Position numbers and translations under genes: made by a program. From Podarcis pityusensis (lineage: Eukaryota), in NCBI GenBank assembly GCA_964106645.2, contig OZ067048.1: a stretch of 64,000 bases of DNA. One strand, 5' to 3'. The number at the start of each line of letters is the position of its first letter. Positions within the stretch are counted from its first letter, which is position 1. Shown here in pieces: positions 1 through 13,500 of this stretch. The notes under the pieces were generated by a model. The model was not told where the DNA came from. It saw only the letters and a program-made list of their open reading frames with translations, and did no database searches.

Positions 1-68
1 GCAGGATTTGTCACCATGGGTAGGATTTTCATCTAAATCATGAGGGGAGCGTGTACAGCAGGCTCCAG

Positions 69-398
69 AAGGTAAAAGGTAAAGGTAAGGGACCCCTGGA
101 TGGCTAAGTCCAGTCAAAGGTGACTATGGGGTGCGGTGTTCATCTCACTTTTCAGGCTGAGGGAGCCAGTGTTTGTCCACAGACAGCTTTCCAGGTCATG
201 TGGTCAGCAGGACTAAACTGCTTCTGGCACAACAGGACACTGTGATCAGGTCGGCAGTTCAAATCTGCGCAACAGGGTGAGCTTCTGTTGCTTTGTCTCA
301 GCTTCTGCCAACCTAGCAGTTCCAAAGCACATAAGTTCAAGTAGATAAATAGGTACCACTGCAGCAGGAAGATAAACAGCATTTCCGTGCGCTCTGGC
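69..398 (-). mobile_element. Sauria SINE (Squam1-type) with inverted 5' half
   Basis: 69-245 is the - strand 3' half with an (ACCTTT)n tail. 244-398 is the + strand 5' half with B-box GTTCAAATC. Both halves match the intact copy at 27928-28300. Confidence 0.8.
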
Positions 399-1142
399 TG
401 CTGGAGATGTGCAACTTGGAGGGTGGAGCTAAATGCATGAGCCATCCCACCCCATTTCACCACACTTGCTCCCTTCAGGCAATAAATGCCTGAAGAAAGC
501 TAAAGTGTAACCCAAATGGTTAAAATATCTAGACAACTGAAATGAGGTATTATGTACATGTGTACAAAACTTCCTAAAAATGGGGTACCAGATGTGCTGA
601 CATTTGGTACACACGTAATCCAAGGCATCCTGTTTCCTAAGGAAGACTGAAAACCACACATCTGTATATCTAAATAAAACTGAGGAAACATGCTTCATAA
701 TACAAGCAGCAATCCAGCCCTGAGCAAAACCCTGATTTAGACCATGGTATTTCTAAATACTTATGGATAAGGAATTGTTCCAAGGACTACTTTTTTCCTC
801 CTCTGTCAATTTACACATCACTTTCACAGCTACTATCTAACATAAGGTAGTTTTTCCAGGCCAATAGTTTCATATAACACCTGGAGGGCATAACATTGAT
901 TAATTATGCGCACCAACCACAGAGCAGTAGCATAGGAAGGCAGGGGCAAGGTGCATTGGGCATGGGGGGGGGTGTCTGCAGGGTGGTGTCTCCTAAGAAA
1001 AGCTCAGCAACTTTGGCAGGTCTCCGGAGGCAGGGGTTGCTACACCACTGCTACAAAGTGTTCTTTTCAGCTTAGGTGACAAAAATCAAATCAATCTGCA
1101 GGGTTTACAAGCATCAAAAGCCAAGCAGTTTATTAGTGGGTA

Positions 1143-1373
1143 CAGTGGTACCTCGGGTTAAGAACTTAATTCATTCTGGAGGTCTGTTCTTAACCTGAAA
1201 CTGTTCTTAACCTGAAGCACCACTTTAGCTAATGGGGCCTCCCGCTGCCGCCACACAATTTCTGTTCTCATCCTGAAGCAAAGTTCTCAACCCGAGGTAC
1301 TATTTCTGGGTTAGCGGAGTCTGTAACCTGAAGTGTCTGTAACCTGAAGCATCTGTAACCAGAGGTACCACTG
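1143..1373. mobile_element. Tc1/mariner (Tigger/pogo-like) MITE, TIR CAGTGGTACCTC
   Basis: TIRs with TA duplication on both sides. Homologous copies at 5033, 32354 and 55947. Confidence 0.85.
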
Positions 1374-2226
1374 TATAACAAATCAAGAATCAAGGAGTTA
1401 AAAAAAAAACCCCAGCTTTTGCCTCTGAGAGAAGCTAGAATTTTCATTTTGGCCTTATATCAACCCCATCTGCAATCTGGAGTAGAGAAGAATGCTCTCA
1501 TTCATTGAATCACTCCCATTTATTAGCCTCTTAAAAGTTTTCCATGATTTAAAGTTTCAGGACTTTTCTTTTAAAAATAAAATAATGTTTTTCTTTTAAA
1601 TTAATGCTATGTACATTACTATGAAGCCTGAAATGTGACTGCCAGCCTTTTACAGCAGGACTTACACCAATATTTCCAGTCTCACTTTCCATTTGTAGAG
1701 AAGTTCAGGCTTGGCGTGCAAAGGAAACATGCTCTCAGGAGCCGATTTGGGACCAAGACATATGAAAATATATAAAGTTCCCTCCCTGTTAACAGAAGAG
1801 CATTCTCAGTGTGGCTTAGACATACGATCCCAAGGACCACGGCAACTTGGTATTTAATTAAAAATATCAAGAACACAAGTTTCCCAACACCTAAAAATGT
1901 AGGGTCTCATTAATAGTTGCCAAAAGAAACAAAGAAGTCTCTGTTGCCTGCCCACAGTAAATACTTTCAAGGCCTCCTTTCAGTAAAGTCTATATATGCC
2001 ATTGGCACATATACACTTTAAGGGTAAATCTAACTGTGTGAATAAGCTAATGTCTGAAATGTATCCCATGTTGGTCAATATTAAGTTTTAGGCCCATTTG
2101 GTGGACTGGAACTCAGAATGCTTTTCCTTTTCTCCATGCAAGGCTAGTGTTGCCCTATTTATCCTCCACTCTTTTCCTAATTGCTGCATCATCCTAGAAC
2201 TCTAAAGCCTTTCTTAGGGTGTAATC

Positions 2227-2790
2227 CAGTGGTTTTCATCCAGTGTGGCATGGCACCCTGGGGTGCCTTGAATGGTGGTCAGGGGTGCCGCGGGCAACGC
2301 TGGCCTCTGTCCCTCTTTCCTTCCCTCCCTCCTCTGATGCCCTCTCATGTCTCTGCCTCCTGAAGGCTTCCACAGCTGTTTGTTGCAGCAGCCCTAGCTA
2401 CAAGCTCCACAGGCGAATGGTGCCTCTGGGGCTGGCCAGGGGGTGCTGGTTGCCAGGAGCAGAGGCAGCATCTGAGTGAGCAAGTGAGAGCCCAGCCAGC
2501 CAGTCCACCAGCCCCTGCTGTTGGGAATGGACAGACAAATCCCAGGCCCCTGTGGGGAAGTGTCAGGAGGCACCTCTCCTTGGGCAGGGGGGCAGCTCAG
2601 AGGACTCCCAAGGAGAGGAGAAGAGGCTGAGGGAACCCTCCACAAAGGAGGGTGTTCAAGAAAGAGTGAGAGGCTGCCAGCTCTGCAGGCAAGGGGTGAC
2701 ATAACTGGGCTCCTGAGCCCCCCAGGGGTGCCGCAGAAAGAATGCAGTTGGTTAAGGGAGCCATGGACTCAAAAAGGTTGAAAACTGCTG
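2227..2790. mobile_element. hAT non-autonomous element
   Basis: TIRs CAGTGGTTTTCA / TGAAAACTGCTG. Perfect 8-bp TSD GTGTAATC (2219-2226 and 2791-2798). Confidence 0.85.
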
Positions 2791-5032
2791 GTGTAATCCA
2801 ATTTTGCACTATGATGAGTTATCCATCTGCTCTGTACAAGCATTGCAGCTTGCCGGAGGGAGCAACCCCCATCTCCTCCTCCCCAGGTCCTGTTCTGGGG
2901 TCCCCCCAAGCCAATTTCCAGGGGTGCATAGGGAAAAGTTCTTGCATGGCGCTTCTGTTGACAGTGCTTGTTAGATGAATTGCACCCTCAAAGTTTGAGC
3001 AACGGACTATGACATTCTAAGATTCTGCTCAGTGCTATTTTTCTAGAAAAAGAGGTTCCAGAACTTGCCATGAATGCCTCCCTTGCTCTCTTATAATGGC
3101 AGTGGTGCCCACCTGAGAGGGACCAGAACTGAGTTCCAGTGAGTTCTGGCTGAAAAAAAGGTATTTTGCTGTACTCGAAAGTGTACAGGAGTGGGTCTCA
3201 AACTTTTTCTCTGGGCCAATTTTTCAGAATAAAAATTCACTTGTGCCACACCAATTTTTTTATTGATAAGAAATACACTAGAAAACAATAAGAAACACTT
3301 CCTAGCAGTGCTTGATTTATAACATAGAACACAACAACTTTATAATATGATCATGGGACATAAAGTACAAAATAATGCAGCTACATAAGAACATGAACCA
3401 TTCCCAAAATATGATTAGAAACGAGCCTCTTACATATGTACCTTAAGTATGTATACAAGCTCAGCAAGAGCTGTGAACTTGCTTTTGCCAGGTAATCACA
3501 TTTATTTTATGTCTAATTTGAGACCAATTCTCATCTCATCACAAAAAAAGCCTTGGTCTTGCTCTTATTTTTTAAAGCTATCTATCCATAGGCTGAAAAA
3601 AATATTTTGATACACTGAAATGTTTAAATGTTTCTTTGATTGTCCTTGAATTTTCCTGGCACTCTTGCCATCCTCTCCTGCCACACCAACTTGTGTAGAG
3701 TATGAATATCCAACACAGAGCCCTCCTAGATGTTGTGGGGGCCGACTTCCATCAGCCCCAGCGAGCTGAGCCAAGAGGACACTATCTCAAAGCCTAGTGA
3801 GACACTGGGCTTTGGGAAGGAGGCGTGAGGCTCCAACAGGGTCCTAGAGTTCTCCTGCGTCCTCTCCAAAGTTGGCTTAGCATTTTTCCAGCTTTGGGAA
3901 AGAGGTGGGAGGGCGCTAGGACCTTGTAGAGCCCTCAGTGCCTCCTTACCTGACAAGGATATGGGGTATGTGCCAAATTTTGGCCTCAGGCCTCAGGCCA
4001 CCATAGTACCAAAGTCCACCACTGATGTAACCATAAGGAACAGGTGTGCCACCAACATTGCTGTTGTAAACTCCAGTTTTTGCAGATCATTTTAACTTCT
4101 GTATTTTCAGCTCTTGGGAGTACACTGGGTACATTTCACACAGCTGTATATAGACAGACTTTACCACCATTGTTTGTTATCCTTCGCTTTATAAATCATC
4201 CACTGATTTAAAAAAAATGCATTCCAGTTCAACAAAAGCGGGGGAAATCTCTCTCTTTAACAGCACTGTAGCCATCTAGTTGTCATCTCCTCTTCTGCAT
4301 CTGCCGATTTGGCCTGTGAACCTACATACTGTCAACTTCCATTAAGGCTTTAGATTGTGAATCTCTTCACTGAACAAGTACACACATTTCCTATACCTCA
4401 TTTAAATAAACAAGAGATTATCAGTTGGAAATATAGAATAGGACAACAAATATTCATATGGTCCTCTGTTTATTTAAACACAGCTTTCATTGATTTCACC
4501 AGAGAAGGAAAGCTCTTAAGAATCTGATTCATTTGTTGTAAGGGGAGAGTTCCCCCAGTGCAAAAGTTCTTCACATCAGCTTAACACTGATGTGGCAGAT
4601 CCATGATCATCATAAAACAGAGCTGAACAGAAAACAGAGACCCCTCTTTTCTATTGAATGCAAAACTTTAGATACTGTTTTGCATGAGTCAAGGAAGCTA
4701 ACCTCTTAATACAAAAATGAATCATATAAGTAAAAATGAAAGGCTGTTTTTGACTTCTGTGGTAGTTAAAATTGGCATGAAGATCAAATGCTTAAAGACA
4801 AAATGTTCTGTTTCCTATCATTTGTCTTTGCTTGAACAAGCACAGCTATTAAAAGAGGAACAACAGCATTTTATATATGCAGACAAACCCAGTGTATTTG
4901 GATTAAGTATTTTATATTACAGTACAGGCACTGAAATCCACATTTCTCCATACTTTTCAAATTTATATTTTTGCAAACAGTATACTTCCCCCTCCTTGCA
5001 AGCAGTATAGTATATATGCAAAATCCCCCATA

Positions 5033-5241
5033 CAGTGGTACCTTGGATTAAGAATTTAATTCGGTCCGGAGGTCCGTTCTTAACCTGAAACTGTTCTTAA
5101 CCTGAGGTACCACTTTAGCTAATGGGGCCTCCTGCCATCGTGCAATTTCTGTTCTCATCCTGAAGCAAAGCTAACCCGAGGTACTATTTCTGGGTTAGCA
5201 GAGTCTGTAACCTGAGGCGTCTGTAACCTGAGGTACAACTG
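5033..5241. mobile_element. Same MITE family
   Basis: High similarity to 1143-1373, slightly decayed TIRs. Confidence 0.8.
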
Positions 5242-8200
5242 CATTTGTACCAACTACTCTTTAAAAAAATTTCACCCCCGTTTGTTAGCTTTAAAACCAC
5301 TGCAGAATCTTGATGAGTGTGGCAGATGCAAGTTGCAGAATTACACACATGTTCAGTATAACTTGGATACACTTCCCCAAGTATAGAACCCCAATTAAGA
5401 TTCATAGTCTCACTGCTGCCTAACAGACTCTAGGTTGAAATAGCTGACTAATATAATGAGATACTTAATTATTTGAATTAGCAATTAGCATCATGTTGGG
5501 GATATTATATTTATTTTAAACACAGTACTAAAACTCAGATAAGAGAAGCCATTTTTGGTATTTTCTCTCACAGTGTAGGAATCTGGAATCTAATTTATCA
5601 TAGCTGGACATCACAGTCAAAATAGCTTAAAAATAACATGCTCAACTTCCTTTGGTATTGCAGAAGATCCATATGGAAAAGATATACTGGTACAGGTTTA
5701 GTTGCAGAGCACCAGTGTCAATTGCCTTTAGTTTTTATTCTCACTGGCACAACCACAGTATGCTTACCAGGTCCAAGGAAACAATCACCACTTTTAAAGA
5801 TAACCTTTCTTCCCATTTGAAAGTTCCATTTTCAGCAAGTGAAACATACAGTGGGCTGGTGATGTAGCCTTCGCTTTCAAGCAGTGATTAACTGAAGTTT
5901 TACTTAAAACTGTGCAAGATGCAGCAGAGATCTCCTTATAACCCTGAAGTTGTTTACCAAGACAAAATTTCACGGTTTGCAATAAAACTCTTGTTCTCCA
6001 GAACACCGGTCACTTTCTCATCTGTGCTGTGAGAATGATGGTTAGTACACCGCGAGTGGGTGGTACAGGACAAGTGCTATGCTGTGTTGCAAACCCTGCC
6101 CAGTTTTTGCTCTGGCTCCACCTACTAGCAACATATGACCCCTAACAAACGCTGTCCCCAAGGGAATACAGCCCTCAACCCCACTGAAAATAGCAAGAGC
6201 AGGGCCAGCCCAAGACCTGAGGCAAACCCCAAAATGGGGGCCTCCTCCCCACCAGGAAAGACAAGGTGAGTGAAGATCAACATCAGGAACAAGGGAATTA
6301 AAGAACTATCAACACTGCAATCTGCTGCCCCTGGGGACCCTGCCGCCTGAGGCGGTTACCGCACCTTACCTCGGGGGTTTAGCTGGCCCTGAGTATGACA
6401 CACTTCTAAGCAAGCAAGCATAAGATTGCATTGCAAACAACTTGGTCCCCTGCCAAGTTGCATTTTAAAGTTTTGCCTGGCTGTTGCAACACTACCCTTC
6501 TTTCTCTGCTAATGCTGCGCTAAGTACTCAACATTGCAAATGTCCTATTGATGCCAGAAATGGCATGCATTCGAAAATATATACCAACTATATAACAAGA
6601 GCTGTGTGTATATAAGTAAGATTCTAGATGTTATTTGTTCCCATAGTCTATAGCAGAGGAGCCATTTAAATGTAATCACTAATAAAATAGAAACTTCATT
6701 TATAATCATCCTAAGACTTTCAACTATAAGGTTACATATAGCATCAAAATAAATTCCTACACATTTCCCCTTCCTTTATTGCACTGTTAAATGTGTTTAC
6801 GAACACATTGCCCTTCAAAAGAAGTTGAGTAACATTATAAAGGACACCAGTTCAGATACATAGGATGACTTGCACCAGAGCCACAATACAAGATAATGTG
6901 GTCCTGTGTGCATATGTATGGCACATATTTGGAGTAGGTAGCTTCTTAGGAACAAGATAAGCAAGACATTTCAACCCAGACAGCTTAAATTAACAACCAA
7001 GTGTACTGTGAAGTCAGCATCCAGAGGCGGAGGGGTCAGTATCAGGTTTAAGAGCTCATACACCCAAAATATTAGGTCTGAAGTTCATTCACAGGCAGAA
7101 AGAGCAAGAAAATGGTAGTGAGGTGGTTGTAGAGATGTCATGGTCTGCAGCAGCATTTCCAAACCTAGGCCCTCCAGGCACTTTGGACTACAGCTTCTAT
7201 CAGCCCCTGCTCACATGGCTGAATGGTTGGCAATGGGAACTGCTGGCTGGTCTGCAGCAAAACTCCTTAAAAATGGCAACTGAGCAAAAGGCACTGGGGG
7301 AAACAGATGCAAATGCAGGTTATTTGTAACCAGTTCATAATGAGCACAGTTCGTATGCTCTAAAGAGGAAGGCAGAGCAAGAATCCCCAAAGCAACCAGA
7401 CGCCTGTGCCTAAGATTGATTCTGCAAACAGCCTGGCATCCCGGCCACTCGACTGGGGGCGAGAGTCAGCAAAATGTGACCATACCTCCTCTTTGAGAAA
7501 GCGAGCTATGTTATATATAATAGGAATGCTGGTAGGTTTCTAGATCCCATTCTAAACTATAACTGGCTTTCTCCTTTTGTCTTCCATAGAAGATTGCTGA
7601 TTTTTTTATACCATAGTGGATATAAAAGAGCAGTGCCGAAATATTACTGTTACAGAATTATACATAGTACAGATCAAGTGTTATGGAGCAAGAACACTTG
7701 GCAACACCTGAATCTTCAGTAGGGCATTTAAGTCCCCTCTGAATCACATGCACATCTTCAAAGCGACTCCCCAAAGGCCTAGGAAAAGATTCCCAGAGGC
7801 TTTAGAATGGTATTAGTTCCGAGAAGGGCTTCAGGCTGTAGGAAATGCAATCCATACTGGGGAAGACAAGGGCATCAAACCCTGCCTATGATTCTCACAC
7901 CAAATATGAGAAGTGAGCCTATGTAAATCATACCATGCCAACATGTGCCTCGCTGACCTTGCAGAGGTTTTTGAAAAAAGGAAAGAAAATAGAAAATAGG
8001 TTACACCAGCAACAATTCTGAATGTCATGTTTTGCATTTCACACTCATGCCATTGAAGAAAACTGTTTTAATTTATATTTAAAGTGTTCAGAAAGTCAGG
8101 ACTAATATTATTAAGTTACAATATCACTTGCATGAAATATTCCAAGAGTGTATCAAGCAACAAACAGAAGATATTGTATACAATGAAGCATTTATACTAA

Positions 8201-9016
8201 CACAACAAGGCACATTAATATTTCCCTGAGAATATTTTAGCCAGTAGGCTTTTGCTGCATCACTTTTGAACAACTACAAAATGTGTTAAGAATACAGCCG
8301 ACTATTAAAATTTATGCATAAAAATACATTTTGTGGTTTCTATGAAGTATGCTAATACAAAGCTGTTGGCAGAGTTTTAAAAAGCTTCATGGATTTTCAA
8401 CAAAAGCAGGGTTTAATTATTTGGCTCTAGAGATACTTGCGCAAACTGTAAATGTGAACTCTGCAGAAGTTGTGGCTTTGGAATTTCTCAGTTTTCTTTG
8501 TATTTGTAAGTATAGTCCTGCTAGACAACCCATGTTCTATCCTATGATGCCTGCTCACTCCTGGCCCCTCCCTCCCTCCCTCCCTCCTTTCTAATTGCCA
8601 TTGCTTCATAATTAATTGGGGGGGGGATGCCCTTTGTAGCTGCACCAAAAAATTGAGAACACTGTTTAGATCTCTAATAAGATTCTTAAAGGCAGGGGAA
8701 GCTTTAGTCCAGTTTAACTGTTATGAAGTGCTAATGTTGAAAACCTGAGCTCTTTGTTTCCAATGACCATACCAAATGTTCTGTTGTTGTCTATTACAAC
8801 AGAATGCATATGATGGGAATCCTTTGGGAACAGCAGAAAACCAAGACAAAGTATGTAGAACAACATAATCAGCTAGTAAACATCCTACAAGGCTTGTTAA
8901 AAAAGACCAGCAAGGCAGGTGGAAGAGAGGCAAGAGGTGCACCGCACACTTAATCTCTAATATTTTTGACATCCTTATCAGAGGGAAAGGGTTTGTACCA
9001 TGCAGATGGTTGCACT

Positions 9017-10297
9017 TTAATGGCTGTGCTGATACAGTGCTTTGTCTCTTAAATACTCCTCCAAGCAGTGAACTGCAAAGGGGTCATAGTCAGTGTCAAA
9101 CTTGTTGGCAAAGAAGTGGTGTTTTCGTAGCATCCAGTTCAAGTCTCCCACTCCAAAGACACACACAGAGCGGATGTGAATTCCATTACAAGGTGGGTAC
9201 GGAGCACCCCGGGACACATCCCCCTCAAAGTAATGCCACTTAACAAACCTGGCAAGAGCATTCATGTCAGAGACATCATATTTCTCGCTGGCAGAGACTG
9301 CACCTGGAACCTCGGGAATTCGCTGAACAGTAGCCCACAAGTATTCATCAGGACTGTAAGTATCTTTGGCCCATTCTATAAAAGTAAGGATTTTGTTGTT
9401 CTCTAGGACATATTCAACAAACCTCCGACTAACAACAAAGTAAGCACTGCCAGAGAAAATGGGTGTATTAAGAGGTGGGCGTTGTTTGTCTATTCCCATA
9501 TTCTTCACTTTGCCATCAACAACTTCATAATGCTTCTTCCATCGTGTCTCCTTGTTTGAAGGCATTTTCTCGGTTTCCAAACTATTTTCACCCTTGAGAG
9601 CTTTTAGTTTCTCTACTATTTCTTGGTTAGTCTTGATAGGAAAATCCATACCACAAAGATTGATCAGGTATTTCCAGCTTGCGCTCCTCCTGTAGAGATC
9701 CTTCATGCAGTTGAGGTCTGCTTGCACTCTACTCCACGAAGCATATACTACACTCTCCAACTGGCTGGCAACAAAGACATTGTCAAAACATGAAGCAATC
9801 CCCTTCACTGCAGCCAAGAAAGACTCAGGAGACTTCTTATCAACATGAATGCAGTAATAGTTTTGTGGTGCGTAAATCGATCTCAGAAGTCTATCAAACA
9901 TGTTAATTTTGTGATAAATTACTATTGAATATGCTATGGGAAACTCAGCTTCTTCTTTGCTCAGAGGCTGCATAATATACTTTCGCCTCTTAATAAAGGA
10001 GTTGCAGTCTGCTGTCATGTTGATGTAATCATTTGGAGTTAGTTTCAGGCTCTTTTTAAAAGAAACAGTTAAGAGCTCCAACTTCACTTTCTGAATTTCC
10101 TCTGGATCTCCCTGCAATATCTTGGAGCAGTTGATGTTACTATTTGGGTATTCATCAGTTAGCTCCAGACGTCCATGATGTATGTAGCTTGGCTTCTGGT
10201 GGATTTTGATAAGGGACAAGGTGCCTGCTGTAAAAATCAACACCAGTAGAAACTTGAAGCGTAGGTTATGACAGTGACGAAGTTTCCTTCTCAGCAT
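9017..10297 (-). CDS. GCNT1: Core 2 beta-1,6-N-acetylglucosaminyltransferase (C2GnT-L, GT14), single coding exon, 426 aa
   Basis: ORF 9017..10327. Likely start MLRRKL at 10297, with an in-frame upstream ATG at 10327. Type II TM segment FKFLLVLIFTAGTLSLI and GT14 motifs IAYSIVIYH, YCIHVDKKS, WKYLINLCGMDFPIKTN, FSGSAYF, YSPDEYLWAT, FFANKFD. Splice acceptor cactattctAG places the exon start at 10399. Synteny with RFK and PCSK5. Confidence 0.97.
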   Translation of the reverse strand: MLRRKLRHCHNLRFKFLLVLIFTAGTLSLIKIHQKPSYIHHGRLELTDEYPNSNINCSKILQGDPEEIQKVKLELLTVSFKKSLKLTPNDYINMTADCNSFIKRRKYIMQPLSKEEAEFPIAYSIVIYHKINMFDRLLRSIYAPQNYYCIHVDKKSPESFLAAVKGIASCFDNVFVASQLESVVYASWSRVQADLNCMKDLYRRSASWKYLINLCGMDFPIKTNQEIVEKLKALKGENSLETEKMPSNKETRWKKHYEVVDGKVKNMGIDKQRPPLNTPIFSGSAYFVVSRRFVEYVLENNKILTFIEWAKDTYSPDEYLWATVQRIPEVPGAVSASEKYDVSDMNALARFVKWHYFEGDVSRGAPYPPCNGIHIRSVCVFGVGDLNWMLRKHHFFANKFDTDYDPFAVHCLEEYLRDKALYQHSH

Positions 10298-12695
10298 TTC
10301 AGAGTGTGTTTGCAACCTCCCATGCATCTAAGAGACTTTCTTCATACGCATGATCAGGATCCAGCTTCAGAGCCTTCTGTCTGCATTTCTCAGAAGTTCC
10401 TAGAATAGTGAAAGTACACATAAATTCTAATGAAAAATTAAATTCTGCATTTTTTATCTGTGTCACAGATAATCTGTGGAATGTTAAAGGTGCAATGCTT
10501 ATTCACTAGTAGTTCTGTTGTGCCATTGGCATGCCCAGTCCAGGGCTAGTCTAGGGTCAAGGGTAGCCAACTTGGAGCTGTCCAGATACTATGAGCTGCA
10601 AATCCAATCAGCCCCAGCCATCATAGCCAATACACAGGGATAATGGGGTTGTAGTCCAAAACAACTGAAGGGAATCGTGTTAGCTATCTTTGGCCTAGGT
10701 TGTTGTCTCTCTCTCTCTCTCTATATATATATGGCCACTTTACACATTATGCTGGGACCTCTCAGGAACATTTGTCATCTCATAGTCCTAATTAATTTAT
10801 AGGAAAAACTTAAGGTATGCTACATCATCTGTTCTGTTTTATATCTGCTAAAATCATAAACATTTTAGTTACAATATCATTCTAATTATCAATGGCTGAA
10901 CAACCTTCGGGCTCCTACTGCAAGTTTACAATCTAAAAATTACAGACAGGAAAAGAGGAAGGTAAGTAAGTAAAAAGGAACAACAACTGATTTGATAAGT
11001 TTATTATTACATTTATGTTCTGCTTTTCCTCCAAGCCACTCAAGGAAGCATATAAAGTTTGTGTACAGAGCAAGGCAAACAGGTAGTGAGTGGCTCAAGG
11101 TTGCTTCGCTTTACGGTTGAAGGGGGAGCTGAACTTGACTCTTCTTTGTCCTAGTCAGACACTCTAACCATTATTATACCTCTGACCCAGAAAATATCAC
11201 ATGAATTAAGGACAGTAGAAAATAGAAGATTAAGAAGCTGCTTAAATAAAGACAAAGAGGAAGCAAACTTGATATCAAGAGGAACAGACGTCTGAGCACA
11301 GGATGCAACAAAAGTGATGGGGGTGGGGAACTTTGACTGGTATTTTAAAATACAACACATGTGGTGATGTGGGAGAGGGAGGTAAGAAAAGAGAAACCAG
11401 TGAAGGCGCAAAACTACAGAAAGTCATGCAACCTGACAATAGTTACTCAGAATCCTAATTCTGTTCAGTCGATTTTGCTCTCTAGTAAGCCTACAAAGGA
11501 TCAAGACTGAGCCAGGTCATTTTGCTGCTAGAGGCAAAAGAAAGAATGCTGACCTCGGCAGCCCCCTTCCCTTAGTCATCACCTGAGGCGACTGCGGGGG
11601 GGGGGGGCTGTTGAGTGAAAGGAGGCCAAAGAGGAGCAGATGGCGAGGGGTCGCAGGGGAGGAGGCAAAATGCTCCTCAGAGGCCAGATCCACCGCCTCA
11701 CCCAGCCTCATGGGTGGGCTGGTCCTGCACTGGGATGGATCTAATGCTGGTCCTGGAACAGACCTGTTGAAATTAATGAACTTAAGTAGCTTAGGTTCAT
11801 TTATTTCAATGGGTCTACTCTGAGTAGGACCAGCATTGGTTACAACCCAAAGGACTGCAACCCTAGACACAAAGTAGCTGCAGTAGTTTATACTGGATAG
11901 AAGCAGTGAAGAGAAACTAAGATAGAATTGTTTAACTGGTATAGTTTTCAACCTTTCCTTTGATATGTTTCCTTTCATATCCAACTGCAACAGTTGTTGT
12001 GGCCAAAAGTCAATAAGCTGCATGATCACATGTTAAGACTGAATCAAGCAAATGGATAACTCCCATGATGGATGTAAGCTGGCACAGAAGACCAAGTCCT
12101 TTTGTCTAATTAAACATAAATCTGAGATTTCTCATGGAAATAAAATACTAGGATATTTAGAGACAGGCTGAAGTTTTCTGATTTTAAGACACTAAGCAGC
12201 TAACAGTGCATTTCTTCAATCTGTAATTATTGGTTTTTTTAAGGTATCCTAGCATTACTTTTGACACCACAGAATTAAACAGTGATTTAAACTGAAAATC
12301 TACAAAGAAAGAGAGATAATGAAAGTTTTCTGAAAGCCTTTAACTTAAAAGATGGGTGCTTGGCTAAACATTAATGTTACCTTAAACGAAAGTTTACATT
12401 CTTTGGAACCTCTAATTATATTCTTATTGAATCAGTCTGAGAAAAAGATCACTTCTCATCAAGTTCCAGCAGAAGTTTATAGCAAATAAACAATCAGCAC
12501 AGAGAATGGGGCATCATTCATTTTACCATCAACTCATTTATCTGTGGTAACATACATTCCATGCACATCTAGGACCAGAACATCTGAAAGCAGCCCATGA
12601 AGTCCCATTTCTGAAGCTAAACAAATGTGGCCAGAGTGCGAATGGAAGAACCTGGTAGAAGCTGCCCTGAGTTCTGAGAAGCAAAGGCAAAAATA

Positions 12696-13500
12696 CAGTA
12701 TTTCATCACATAATCACCACAGACTTTACACTAAATCTGTGATGCAAAAAAGGGGGTGCAACCATTATATGAGGCCCCCACCTGCGCCATGTTCCATGCC
12801 AGACCTCCGGCAGCTGCTTCTGCCCCAGGGGGTCTGTCTGGCTGTTCAGATTATTGCTCCTCCACCCTTGCCATCTTCATCCCAGACCACAGAGGTGGTG
12901 GCAGTGAGCAGCTTCTGGTCCCTGAGCCCACACCTGCCCTCTCGCTCACGTTCACCGCCCCTTTCATGGCAGCTGATTTGGAGACTGGGGGAGGGCTTAT
13001 TCAGCAACTCCATAAAGAATCCTCCACTCCACAGCTTCAGATCCAACCTCCCCCTCCCTTCGCTTTCATGTGAGGGGTCCTTTGTTTCCCACCCCAACCT
13101 GCTGTCTGGCCTCTGGGAGATGATCAATATGCACCTAGAGGTGCCTGAAGGTTCTGCTGGGGGCAGAGGCAGACAAAGGGGTCATGGACAGGTGTTGGAG
13201 GTGGTTGCTCACCGGCTGCTTTCCCTTCTTGGGTGACGTATCCCGGGCCGCTAACGCAGAACCCTCATCGTTCTTGTGCTGCTCTTCAGGCAAGGCAGAG
13301 CAGTCCCGCAGCAGTTCCTGGCCGTTTGCCAGATGCCCAGGGATGGCCTGGGAGCTTATGGCTGAGACGGCGAGGAACGAGGGGAGCAGGGTGGCAGCTG
13401 GGGGAGGAAAGGAATTTACCATGCGACTCAACCAATTTTTGGACCGAAAAAACAGAGTGTGGCAATTATGTGGTGGTGACAATTATGCAGTGAATTATGG
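12696..13500. mobile_element. Old Tc1/mariner (Tc2/pogo-like, CCGTA-type TIR) non-autonomous element with GC-rich interior
   Basis: TA|CAGTATTTCATCACATAAT ... ATTATGCAGTGAATTATGG|TA. CpG-decayed TIRs and subterminal layout resemble 50966-52498 and 47142-47350. Confidence 0.55.

Noticed and set aside
3240-6790. GCNT1 polyA site
   Set aside because: Several - strand AATAAA candidates (~3260, ~4468, ~6775) cannot be distinguished without transcript data.
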